A DNA stretch of 63,904 nucleotides, filler included, from Octopus bimaculoides (taxonomy: Eukaryota): NCBI RefSeq assembly GCF_001194135.2. It is 6 parts of 3 records of this genome, joined end to end, with 100 filler letters (N's around TTAATTAATTAA, not from the genome) between each part and the next. Parts side by side here need not be neighbours in the genome. Positions count along the whole stretch, not along the records: positions 28,341 to 43,058 come from NC_068994.1; positions 43,159 to 60,867 come from NC_068994.1; 4 more parts are not named here. The stretch is one strand, 5' to 3'. A model generated the notes under the pieces. The model did not search any database and was not told the DNA's origin. It saw nothing but the letters and a program-made list of their open reading frames with translations. Shown piece by piece: positions 38,440 through 50,900 of this stretch (within the stretch, counting starts at the first letter, position 1; the number at the start of each line of letters is the position of its first letter). Both the position numbers and the translations under genes were made by a program.

Positions 38440-39000
38440 CACCGAGATTAGATTCAGGACACCCTAGAACTCATTCTTTAGTTCTGATCACTTTCTGCAA
38501 ACTGGGACTTCTGAATTTACTGATTTAGCTAAACAACGAAGTCTACCTACATCATCTGCAAAGCGCTCTCTTAACTATCGAAGGTCCGTTCGTGTGGATT
38601 TTCAACAACCCTCTATCCTCTATGGGTTCTTCGAATTCATTCCCCACTTCATCCTTAATCAAGAGCAGCATTTCGATGTTCTTTCTTTTTTTTTTTAGCT
38701 CCATCACCAAATCAAGTACTCTATAGGTACTCCTTAGGATTACTGTAATGCACAGATACTCCAGCTAACAGGGTGCCTATTGATGAGGGACTTCCTGCTG
38801 CCTAAACACTTTTATTTTATTTTCCCACCACCTTTTCCCATTATTTTCATCCTTTTATTTCTTTTGATGAAGAAATAATGTCTGAAACGTCAAGACTCCC
38901 AATTTTGAAGCGTTAAACTAATACAAAATTTGTTAAAGACTTGTCCATCTTCTGTTTTCTGTTTTTGTTCATTGCCTAAACGCCTTTAGTCCCACCATCA
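38440..39000 (+). mobile_element. Possible decayed Penelope-like terminal region with two hammerhead-like motifs
   Basis: TCTT-TTGATGA-AGA(7)TCT-GAAA-CGTC-AAGA at 38860-38895 and a more decayed TTGATGAGGG...CCTAAAC at 38780-38807; no GIY-YIG or RT motif recognised. Confidence 0.4.
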
Positions 39001-40632
39001 TTACCTCCAAACCACCACACAAACAACTTTTCGTTTCCCTCATCTTTCTCTGGTTATCATCTCCTCACTATAACCACAAGAAAATCGAGTCGCACAGCAG
39101 TTTGGAGCCTCTGGCTGGTGGTAATTAATGGAGAAGAGAAGAGTATCTTCAATTTAAAAAGGGTTAAAAAAATTAAAAAAACTACAATAGTATTCTCGAA
39201 TAAAAACTGGGGAGAAAATATAACCCTTATCTAAACATAACGTTAGACCCCTAACAGACTAGCTAACTTACGTAATTACATTCCTAAACTGGGGAGTGGG
39301 GGAGAAACCGAACTAGAACAGTTAAAAGAAATTATAGATTATGAGCTCACAAAAAAAAAACGAACACAAAATAAAGAACAACAAAAACACTCAGAATGTA
39401 AATCACGAACATAGAGCCAACACGTGTAAAATGAATTAAGAACATACCAAAATATTTCATAACCAAAACCAAGAACGCCTACAGAATACTGACCAACAAA
39501 AACCGATACAAAAACATAAATAAAAGGGAATGTGGCGAAGATTTAAGAATGGGAAGTTCTAAAAATAGAAACCAGGAACGTGAAAATCTAAAGGTGGGAA
39601 TAATTAAAGAATTAAAGTCAATAAATCTACTTGTAGACCAAGGAAAGTTCCACTCAAAGAAAACTCAACGGTTTTAAAGCAACAGTAATAAATTTAAAAA
39701 GACTTGACCGCCACAGATTTAATTAAAACAGTACACGAACCTTAATATCACTAGATAAAATGATACAATGTTTGCTTCAAAGTAGGTACAAAGGGAAGTA
39801 AGTATTCCCTCATCCACTCCTATAGGAGTGTCAATACCTAAAGAAATTGGGAAACGAACATATGGTAAAAATATGAGGAATAAAAGTCCTCTAAGTCTTT
39901 AATAATACGTCTGAAGAGAAAAGGTAAAACAAAAAGAAAAGACCTACACGACACAAATATAACAACAAAAAAAGTATCTGAAATTCGGTGGAAATAATCG
40001 GTAGAAAAGCGACAACGATTCTTTGAATAAACCAAATAGTTTGACTCCAATCTGGAAGAATTTTATCAAAAACTGCGTAAAAAAATTAAGTAGAAATCAA
40101 TGAGGCACCGACAGCAACAGATTAGAGGAAAGGAAGCAGCGAATAGGAAAGAAATAATCACAGACGAACTTGTTCAAATCAACCAAACAGTACTTGAACA
40201 ATTGAAGGAGACCATGTTAACCGTAAGTAATCCAGGTACTTCAAGAAGAAAAAAAAAACAGAAAGAAAAGGAAAGAAGCACATAGAGGGCAACGGAAAAT
40301 CATAATGGCCCAAATTTGTGGTTAAAATCTTTAACAAGGACCATAAGATTCTAGCAGAGATATGTTACAAGGTACTGAAGGAATTGGTGATAACACAGGT
40401 TAAACATACACCTAAAACAACCCCTAAAAACTACATTATTTGAAAAACACAAAAGTTGTTTCCTGGAGGAAATGGATGCTGTTACAGTCTCATGTAAAGA
40501 ACAAGAAGGCTATAACCACAACAAAGCTGCAGAAAGGGAAAGAACAGTATGAACGTGGCCGTGGACTGGCTAACACAAGGTTTTTGCAAGCGTTCTCTTT
40601 ACGCGGATCCTAGTAACATTTGCCTTGAGTGT

Positions 40633-40847
40633 GTTTCAAATTTTGGAACAAGTCACGCAAGTTCGGGAGAGTGGGGTTAGTCGATTACCTAGGCCCCCAG
40701 TACTCAAATGATACTTATTTTATCAACACCGAAAGGACGAAAAGCTTAGTCGATCTCAGTCAAATTTGAACTCAGAACGTAAGGACGGACGAAATGCCGC
40801 TAAGCATTTTGTCTAGCGTGCTGACGATTCTACCAGTTCGCTGCCTT
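40633..40847 (-). mobile_element. SINE family B
   Basis: Reverse complement of head and core. Confidence 0.8.
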
Positions 40848-41450
40848 GTGTTAGTTACATTAAGCAGACACACTAAACATATGGGAAAATGGAAAACAAT
40901 GCTGCAAGTACAGATAAATGAGTGAATTATAAAACTAAACTCTATGCCTACTAGAAGGAGAAAATTCCAAAGCGACTCACTCTCACTGCTTTTTTTTCTA
41001 CCAGGCGTCAACGCTTCTAACCAACATGCTAAATAAGACTGAATTCAGTCAGATCGGATACAAATACTATGGAAGGACAATCAATCATATTTTTGGTAGG
41101 TGAACTACTTCAAGTTGACAAACATCTCACAACTTAACTTCAGATTCAACAGGGATTTACTTGAGCAATTAGTATGAAATTCGACTAAGAAACTTACACC
41201 AAAGCTATCTTGAAGAGGAGAACATTAATTAGGAGCATTAATATCATTAATATCAGGTTAGATAAAGAAATAGAGATAAGAAAATTAGACCAGACAAACT
41301 TACGTATACTTGGGAATGAATTAATTGAACAGAGTTGAATAAACAGGTTAGGAAGAGATATTAGAGATGCATTAATACTTAAAACAGAGCCAAATGTAAA
41401 AAAGAAATAATGTAACTGTCCCAGTAACATAATATGTTTTTTAAATAGAC

Positions 41451-41761
41451 TAAGGCGGCGAGCTGGCAGAGATGTTTAGCAGTATTTCGTCTGCTGTTAC
41501 GTTCTGAGTTCAAATTCCGCTGAGGTCGACTTTGCTTTTCAGCCATTCGGGGTCAATAAATTAGGTACCACTTACGCACTGGGGTCGATGTAATCGACTT
41601 AGTCCCTTTGTCTGTCCTTGTTTGTCCCCTCTATGTTTAGTCCCTTGTAGGCAATAAGAAATAAGAAACGTTAGCACGCCGGGCGAAATGCTTAGCGGTA
41701 GTTCATCTGTATTTATGTTCTGAGTTCAAATTCCGCCGAGGTCGACTTTGCCTTTCGGGGT
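41451..41761 (+). mobile_element. Dimeric SINE family B (truncated by gap)
   Basis: Junction GCAATAAGAAATAA|GAAACGTTAGCAC at 41664/41665. Confidence 0.85.
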
Positions 41762-43165
41762 NNNNNNNNNNAAAAAAAGACATTTTTTTTTCCGTGCATG
41801 TAGAAAACAATTATAAAATATCTATTGTAAGAATCAATATGTGGAAACTGGTTATCGCTTCAAGGTCTATGAATTCCGTATGGATTTATTAATAACAAAA
41901 TTGCCTCTCAGAAATGTCCTATTCCAAATCAGCATGAAGGTTTTGTTACCGGAAACGCTATTTATTCTCGCAGCTTGTCAACTAATTCCTGAATAGGTGA
42001 TATATAATTCTCTAGCCAACATCCTATTCGTTTGCTCACGATATTTCTACTTCTATTGTCATACGTCTTAGTTCGCATTTGGCTAGTCATAAGAACTAAA
42101 GGTATAGAGTGGCACGAATGTGCACAGGACTACAAGGGTCTTATACAACCAGAAAAAGGATTATGAAATAACCAGTGAACATCTGCAAAAGTACCTAATA
42201 AAGAACACTGGAAAGCTATAACAAATATCAATATAAAACGCAAACAAAAGAAAAATTGTTTAAAGTCTTCGAAGAAGCCAACAAAAGAGAGGACGGAGTG
42301 ACAGAAATTTATAAGGAGAAAGAGAAAACGATGACAAAAATTGTTAAAAAAAGACGAGGCCAAAATGAGGCAACAGAACGCCATGGTAAAGCAATGGCAA
42401 AAAAGCCCTGACAAGGTCAATATCTGAAAAAAAAAAAAATGGACAGCGGGGAAATAGGCAAAGTAAACGCAGAACTGGTTGGAAGCATAGGACGAAATGA
42501 TTCATGATTTCGATACAGAATGAAAGCCTTCCCACCTGAAACCACCAAAAGCACATAGTGGAGAGGAATGTGGACTTCGTGGAGGTAGGGATAAAACAGT
42601 TAAACACAATGCATGTGACTTCCCAGTCTAAACCAAGGAAGACTACGCATCTCTATAGTACGAAAGTTATGCCAGTGTTATGAAATACATATAGAAAAGA
42701 ATAGCTGCCTCCAAATCCATGCCCAGTCCTAGAAGCGTTAAGACATCGATTAAATAATGGAGAAATTATCCAAATATAAAGACCCGGAAAGATCTGTAAT
42801 TATTTTTACAGCTATAGACCACCCAACGGGTTTCCTCCATGCAGTTTCCGTCCAGCCATTTTTATTCACTAGGATAGAATCGAATTGAGATCATTGTAGA
42901 AGACACTATGTAATGAGATCGTACACAAGACCTCAAGACTGCAAGGCAAATTCCTTGACCATTGGGTCGTACCTGCACGGTCTCAACACAACACATACAT
43001 AATGACTTATTTTGCACGCGTACATACAGATTTATACACACACGCACACACACACACANNNNNNNNNNNNNNNNNNNNNNNNNNNNNNNNNNNNNNNNNN
43101 NNTTAATTAATTAANNNNNNNNNNNNNNNNNNNNNNNNNNNNNNNNNNNNNNNNNNNNTGCTTAT

Positions 43166-43430
43166 TGTTATATGGACTGTTAGATATGTAATTCGTCTGA
43201 CGTTCCGTGTGTCATGTGGTTCGTCTGAGTTCATTGTTTCATTGTTGTTGTCTTGTGGGACTGTCGTAGTAAAATGTCATTGATATATATATGGCGGACA
43301 TGACTTTTGTTTATTCATAACGAACATTGGGTGAGTGCGTTCTTTGTATGTAATTGAACAATAAATGTAATAATTAAATTGTATAACTCGTTATGTTATC
43401 TCTGCGAGTCAGTCCGAGGGAAGCATAACA
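43166..43430 (+). mobile_element. Solo LTR with perfect 5-bp target-site duplication (CTTAT)
   Basis: TG...CA ends with TGTTAT/ATAACA inverted termini; CTTAT at 43161-43165 and 43431-43435; about 5 differences from 28426-28689. Confidence 0.9.
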
Positions 43431-43439
43431 CTTATAGTT

Positions 43440-44260
43440 GAAGAATCAGTCAAGGGCCATACTTGCTGCTGGCACATTAATCAGATTGCCTTTTCTAAGC
43501 ACCTCTTTCAGATGACTAACTAGTTCTCCCTCTACTCTAGAATTCTCTGTATCTAGTTCCTTACTAAATCTAATTGATTCTTATCTATTAGAACTTTTTA
43601 GAGCTAACCACCATCAGTTGTTGATGACTACCCCTGTCAACTCCCTCTTAACTAGTTCTCTAATCCAGTCTTTGTAATTTTGGTATGCTGGGAAAGACAC
43701 CTTTAGTTTCCAGTAACTGGCTCCCTGTCTATGCAGCCTGTCTACACAGACTGAGCAACTTTGTGAGGTTTTATAACCCCTTTCAAATCAGCTGGCCCCA
43801 TTCAATCCATGCATGCAATCAAGCTGGCATTCAAATCACCTACTAGTGCTAAAGAATGGGACATTTGTGGGAAGACTTCCAAATGCCTGAAGAAATCTAG
43901 CTGCCCCACCCCAGTTTAGGCATACACAGCAACTAGTCTAAAGATGCCTCTTTTGTTACTATTCACCAACTTACTGCAAACTTACCAATTGGATCCAGAA
44001 AGAATAACCATATCTCAAGGCCTTGGTCTTTCTGAAACAGCACTGCCATCCTGCCACTCATTCTAGGCCAAGTGAGAGATGTAAAGATCTCAAAATCACC
44101 AAATATTGGTGCTAAGACATATGTGTTGGAAATTCTAGTCTTGCTGATGGCTGTTACATCTAAACAAATCAAGCAACCTGAAATCACTGGGCAGGAGGCT
44201 CAACTTCAGGTGTGAGTCCAAGCTATTTGTATTTATGATCCCCACTCTTGGCACCTCCAG
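43440..44260 (-). mobile_element. L1/Tx1-type ORF2 APE endonuclease fragment, decayed
   Basis: LDVTAISKTR, MAVLFQK...FLDPIGK, FRLVAVC, LVGDLNA motifs in order. Confidence 0.7.
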
Positions 44261-45118
44261 GCTGGTTGAAAGATAAAGAGAAGAAAAGGAAACAGGTTAC
44301 TTACTTATTTGGTGGTCCTGGAGATTTGGGGAAATGGTCTCCATTGAATTTTGAGTCTCCTTTAGGAAGGCCTTTAGGATCCTACTAGTAACCCTTTTGC
44401 ATGAACTTCCTACACCACTGGGGAAACTCTCCCTCAATATTTTATATGATCCCAAGTTCAGCCTTATTAATTTCAAATTTTTTTACACTTAGAAAGAACT
44501 GGGCCTTAAGATATCTCCCTCTGCTTCAATGTCGATTTTCTTTTTTTTTTTCCAGTTTTTTTTTTTATTTGTGCTCCTTATAAATACAAAGTTTTTCATG
44601 GTTGGTAAGGAGGGGATTTTGATGTGTTTGTGTGTCAGTTTTATTTTTGTTGAGGTGGAAGTTGTTGTTGTTGGTGGTGGTGGCAGAGGAGGAGGAGTTA
44701 TGGATTTATGTTTTTCGTCAGTGTGGTTTCAGTGATGCTATCATGGTTATGTGGCATGTTCAGAGCAGGTGTAGATTTTTAAAAAAAATTTGTCGTTTTT
44801 GTTCCCTTTTGATTTGCTGGACCTCCACCTTACAAGCTGATATTTTCATGTGAGAAAGATTTGATGTGAAAGGATATGGAGGTATGTTTGCATGTGTATC
44901 TATATGTGTTTGAAAAAGAGTGGGAGGAGTGAGGGAGAGTTATAGAGACAGAATTAGGTTGGATATTTTCCTGAGTTGCAGGTTTTGGTTCTGCTGTCAT
45001 TGTTGCTGGCCTTGCTGTTGCTGTTGTTCCAGTCCCCTTTGTTGCTGCTACTGTAACTACTGTATGTTGTTGCAGCAGTTGGGTTGTGGCATTGGCAGTA
45101 GTGGGGGGTTCCTCTTAC

Positions 45119-45196
45119 CCACATTTTGTTGAGAAGAGACAGCTCTAAAGTGGACTTCTGTACCATACACATGGCATCTTTGCTTTCTGTCCTCAG
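45119..45196 (-). CDS. Candidate 78-bp internal exon of an unidentified host gene
   Basis: Minus-strand acceptor TGTGTTGCAG| and donor TGG|GTAAGA; length divisible by 3; two open frames (EDRKQRCHVYGTEVHFRAVSSQQNV or LRTESKDAMCMVQKSTLELSLLNKMW); unique sequence; no homology recognised. Confidence 0.4.
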
Positions 45197-45710
45197 CTGC
45201 AACACACAGATTTACTTCATAGTACTGAGATGATTTTGCTGCTATTCCAGCAAATAATTGCTTGCCTGTGGAGTTGCTCTATCACTTATATTCTTGTCAT
45301 TATTATATTTTGTTGTTTTTGTTACTGTTCTTGTTGTTGTTGTTGATTTTGTTGTTGTGTGTTTTGTTAAAACCGTTGTTGTAATAATACTTGCTTTCAT
45401 ACTTATGCTCTTTCATGAAGCTGATAGTCATATGAAATTTTCCTGCTGCTTCCTCATTGAATCCATTAGCGAGCATTAATGATGCCATAATTTCAACGAA
45501 AGTAAAACAGACTAAAGCAGATAAATATTACCACAGTTGTGCCATTTAATACACAATTTAGCAACCCCCCTCTTCACCTGTTGAAGTTTGGGATCCTTAT
45601 TTAAAATTCTAACCAAAATTAACAAGATTAAACAAATTATTTCCAATAACATCAACAAACCTTTGGGAGCTGATGCAACACATATTTGAACCAGACAATA
45701 AACAAAAAGA

Positions 45711-45927
45711 TAATAATCCTTTCTACTACAGGCACAAGACATGGAATTTTGGAGGAGGGGGCTAGTCAAATACATTGACCCTACTGGAAGTTCTTTTATT
45801 GACTCCCAAAAGGATGAAAGGCAAAGTCAACCTTGGTCGAAATTTGAACTCAGAATCTAGAGATGGACAAAGGGCCACTAAGCATTTTGTCTGACATGTC
45901 AATAATTCTACCAGCTCAGCACCTTAA
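45711..45927 (-). mobile_element. SINE family B, CpG-decayed
   Basis: Family core with many CG to TG/CA changes. Confidence 0.8.
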
Positions 45928-46239
45928 CAGCAGAAATAATGATAATGCCATGTAAAACAAGCAAAAGGTTTGAAAGTTGGTGGTGTTGTTTAGGTATAGC
46001 AAAGTAGTAAAATAGATATGATATAGACAAATCAAGTCAACATTGAAGGTGAAATACCTTATTAATTTCGTTTTTATTATTTACAAAAAATCATCTATTT
46101 CAAAGTTAGGAAGACAGATTTCTAAAGGACAAATTGCTATCACTTAGTATCTCATCCCTTTTGGTGTTGTAATTTTCCTTCATGATCTGCTCACAAAACC
46201 AGCTAAAGTTTAAACTGAAGGTGAAGTCCATTACTGTAT

Positions 46240-46453
46240 TTACTCTTTTACTTGTTTCAGTCATTTAGCTGCAGCCATGCTGGAGCACCGCCTTTAGTCG
46301 AGGAAATTGACCCTAGGACTTATTCTTTGGAAGCCTGGTACTTATTCTATCGGTCTTTTTTGCTGAACCGCTAAGTAGCAGGGATGTAAACACACCAGCA
46401 TCAGTTGTCAAGTGATGTTGGGGGGACAAATACAGACACACAAACATATACAT

Positions 46454-46502
<49 letters not shown>

Positions 46503-46674
46503 TATATAAGATGGGCTTCTTTCAGTTTCCGTCTACGAAATCCACTCACAAGGCTTTGGTCAGCCCAAGGCTATCGTAGAAGACACTTGCCCAAGGTGTC
46601 ACGCAGTAGGACTGAACCCGGAACCTTGTGGCTGGTTAGCAAGCTACTTACCACACAGCAACTCCTGCGCCTAT
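46240..46674 (-). mobile_element. Complete SINE family A
   Basis: Colinear with 7542-7964. Confidence 0.9.
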
Positions 46675-47071
46675 ATTCAACAATTACATTAATTTGTTAA
46701 TTTACGCCTTTAAAAAAGTCATGGGTGATTGTAACAGTATGTTCAGAGCTGTTTCACTCTTGCTCAAAAACAACAGAATACCGAAATCTTTGGGAAGAGT
46801 CCGTACAATACATATGCAATAGTTGGAAATATTTTCATTCTTTTATTCCTAATCGTACAATACATGAATACCAAGCATACATGAGTATGGATGGAACATA
46901 CAACGATAATGTTGAATAAGTTGTCGTTAGTTAATTGTACAATGTTGCAATTCAGGTTCATTACAAAAATGATGATGAAATTATTCTTCCTCTGCTCACT
47001 GTTTGCAATCAAACATTTACAGAAAGGAAGATTTCAGTGTTATTATTAAGAATTCAGCTAGATATTATTAC

Positions 47072-47272
47072 TAAGGCAGTGAGCTGACAGAATCATTAGC
47101 ATGCCAGGTATTTTTGTCTATTTTTACATTCTGAGTTGAAATTCCACCAAAGTCTACTTTGCCTTTCATCTTTTTGGGGTCAATAAAATAAGTACCAGTT
47201 TAACACTGGGGGTGATGTAATAGACTTACCTTCTTCTCTCAAACTTGATGACCTTGTGCCAAAATTTGAAAC
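47072..47272 (+). mobile_element. SINE family B, CpG-decayed
   Basis: AAGGCAGTGAGCTGACAGAATCATTAGCATGCC head and core. Confidence 0.8.
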
Positions 47273-47939
47273 CATCATCATCATCATCATCATCATCATT
47301 ATTATTATTTAATAAATCTGCCAAAAGAATACAAATCCAGAAGATGTTCAGATAAGAAATCTTGTTTTTTTTTCATCTTCGTACATCTACACCTCTCTTT
47401 CTGTGCAGATCAAAGTCCCCTAATTAGTTCTTTTCATTATTCTATCTATTTCATTACCTATGTAAACATAGTTTAAACATAGTTTCGTCTTCCATGCTGT
47501 TATGTTTTAGAAATGAACTTAAGTTCCTTTCACGTGCATTTACTATTCGTCACTTATTCATTTATTCAGTTTTTTCACATCGTCACTTATTTCTCTAATT
47601 TTGTCACAGATTGGCTGACCAAAAATTCTAAGATTTTTCAGTTCTATTTCACTGTTATCAGCATCTGCTGTTTCATTAAATTATGTTACCCCAAATCCCA
47701 AAAGAATATTTTTCTCCCTTGTGTTCTATCTTTGACCATCCTAACCCTGGTCCCCCGCCTCTCTCTCTCTGTTTCGATAACCACTTGCTTCTCCAACACT
47801 TCCCCCTCCTCCACCACCCCACCCCACTCTATATAAACTAGCTCACTCAGATTCCGCTACTTCATTTTAATAACTCTGTCAAAATAATACAAATCCAGAA
47901 GATGTTCTTCTCTAACTTTGCTATTTCACAGTACACTGC

Positions 47940-50900
47940 CCTCCCACCCCCACCACCTGTACTGGAAGTCCCTATCCTCTGACATCTTTTGGTTGTCTCC
48001 TATGAACACTTCTAAAGGCTTAATGCCATCCCCACCCCTATGTAGGGTTTATCTCCTATGTAAGGTAGTGATCATGTCGCGCATAAAAATGATGGTGTAG
48101 CGTATGCAAGCCGAAGGCTATTGTTTGCATATGAATTCTGCCAAATGCGAGCTTTCTTTTCAGGTACATGACACTGCTGTCCCCCATCCCAGGGTCTCAC
48201 AGGCCCACACCTCCCACACCCTTGAGATTGGCACACTCAATGTGGGCACACTGAAAGGTAGGTCTGGTGAGATTGCTGAGATGCTTGAACGGAGACGTGT
48301 AGATGTGTGCTGCATCCAAGAAGTAAGGTGGAGAGGAGGTTCTGATAAGTTCCTCACAGGCAAAGAACAGAGGTACAAGATATCCTGGGCAGAAAACACT
48401 GACAGGATCGGAGGCATGAGTATACTTTTTGTAGAGAAATGGGTTGATAAGGTAATTAAAGTAGTCAGAATCTGTGATAGAATACTTAAGATTAGATTAG
48501 TGCTACATAATGGGTTAGCAACCGTTATCTCGGCTTATGCCCCTCAGCCGGGGCTACCTGATGGACAGAAAGACTGATTTTATGACACCTTCTTGCTGAC
48601 TACTTCATTGACGAATGACAGGGACCTTCTCTTTGTAGTTGATGACATCAATGGACATGTTGGACAACATGCAGGAGGCTTCCATGGCATACATAGAGGC
48701 GATAGTTTTGGTTCCCGCAATGTGGAGGGAACCAAAAAGGGTAAGATGGCTGCTTATAAATGCCAAAACTTTCCCAGGTGAAGAATGTACCCCACAACAT
48801 AGACTAGTAGTCAGCGACTTCAGGATCAAGGCTAAATGGATGCTCAGAAGACAACCAGCATGGAGGAGAAGGGTCTGGAAGCTTAAGGATCCTGTGAATG
48901 GACAAAGATTTAGAGATGTCTTACTCGAAGCTTTTGACAAAATAGAGGGAGATATAGCATCACATGATGTGGAAGACAACTGGAGGTTTCTACGGGACAA
49001 CCTGCTGAGGGCAGATCTGTGGATGGTGCAAAATCCCCTCTCAGCCCAAGGTAACATGGTGGTAGAACAATGTTGTTGACAGGGCCATTAGGAAAAAGAA
49101 ACAGGCTTGAAAGGACTGGAAGAACAGTGGTAGTGGGCAATAGTATCAGACTCCCAGACGGGAAGCTAGGAGACAGGTTTATTTAGCCAGAGGGGAAGCA
49201 GATAAGAAAAAATTTGCCAATGTTCTGCACCATGAGGACCAAAGACTTGAGGTATTTCATGTTGCAAGACAGTGTGTGAGAGAGAAACATGATGTTGTAG
49301 GTGAGAAATGTGTCTGCACAGATGATAGTTCACTTGCATTAAACGAGGCTGCAAAGAGAGAGGTTTGGAGACACCACTGTAAAAGGTTGCTAAATAAAGA
49401 GAATGAATGGGAGAAAGAGAGTCTGCCGAATGCTGACCCAACAGAGGGACCAGCTATCTGAACTGACAGTACCTTGGTAGATAAAGCAATTAAGGATATG
49501 AAGACAGGGAAAGCCCCTGGCCAGTCAGGAATTACCGTAGAGATGCTCAAAATATCTGGCAGTGTCAGCTATAGCCTAGTCAACCAGGTGAAACATGAAG
49601 GAGTCATACCTAATAACTGATGTAGCAGCACCATAGTCCACTGCTACAAATGTAAAGGTGATGCTTTAGATACAAATAACTACAGAGGTATCAAGTTGTT
49701 GGATCAGGTAATGAAGGTCACGGAGAGGGTCATAAGCCAACTAATTAGGAGTCAGTTTAGATGAGATGCAGTTTGGGTTTGTGCCAGGGAAAAGCACCAC
49801 TGATGCTATATTTCTGGTAAGACAGCTGCAGGAGAAATACCTAGCCAAAGATAAACCTCTGTACCTGGCTTCCGTTGACATGGAGAAAGCCTTTGAGAGG
49901 GTCCCCTGATCCCTTATCTGGTGGTCAATGAGGAAACTAGGGATAGATGAATGGTTAGTGAGAGCTGCGCAAGCCATGTACAGGTAAGGGTTGGCAATGA
50001 GTACAGTGAAGAATTCTGGGTAGGGGTAGGGGACCACCAAGGATCAGTCCTCAGCTGCCACTTATTCATCATAGTCCTCCAGGCAATAATAGAGGAATTC
50101 AAGACAGGATGCCCCTGGGACCCCCTCTATGCTGATGACCTTGCTCTAATTGCTGAGTCACTATCAGAACTAGAGGAAAAGTTTCAGGTGTGGAAGCAAG
50201 GATTAGAATTGAAGGGCCTTAGAGTCAACCTAGCTAAAAACCAAAGTCTTAATAAGTAGGAAGGCAGACAAACCACAAATCCCTTCAGGTAGATAGCACT
50301 GTTCAATCTGTAGAAGAGGTGTAGAAACTCCATAAGTTGTACTCAGTGTAAGCTATGGACACATCATAGGTGCAGCAATATCAAAGGAAGGCTAACTGGG
50401 AAGATAGTTTTTGTATGTGGCAAATGCTCAGGTGCAATAAACACTGAAAATGTGCAGAGAACAACTTCTGTCACATTCCAGGGAGAAAAACTAGAAGAAG
50501 TTGTTAGCTTCCGTTACCTAGGTGACCAAGTCAGTAGTGGGGGTGGATGCTCTGAAAGTGTAGCTGCTAGAATAAAAATAACCTGGGCAAAGTTCAGAGA
50601 GCTCCTACCTCTGCTGGTGACAAAGGGCCTCTCGCTCAGAGTAAAAGGCAGACTGTATGACGCATGTGTACAAACAGCCATGCTACATGGCAGGGAAACA
50701 TGGGCCTTGACTGCTGAGGACATGTGTAAGCTTGCCAGGAATGAAGCGAGTATGCTCCGCTAGATGTGTAATGTCAGTGTGCATATACAACAGAGTGTAA
50801 GTGCCCTGAGAGAAAAGTTGGACTTAAGAAGCATTAAATATGGTGTGCAACAGAGACAACTATGCTGGTATGGTCATGTGTTGCGAATGGATGAGGACAG

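Larger units (their letters stand above)
39100..42800 (+). mobile_element. Old, heavily decayed R4/Dong-type LINE interrupted by SINEs
   Basis: Correctly ordered remnants: GPNLWLKSLT and PKNY (about 40305-40435), EQEG (about 40500), KFQSDSLSL resembling FQGDSLSP (about 40965), WQK-x3-GQY-like (about 42400), CG-x4-TV-H zinc knuckle (about 42575), EKLSKYKD (about 42760). Confidence 0.65.
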
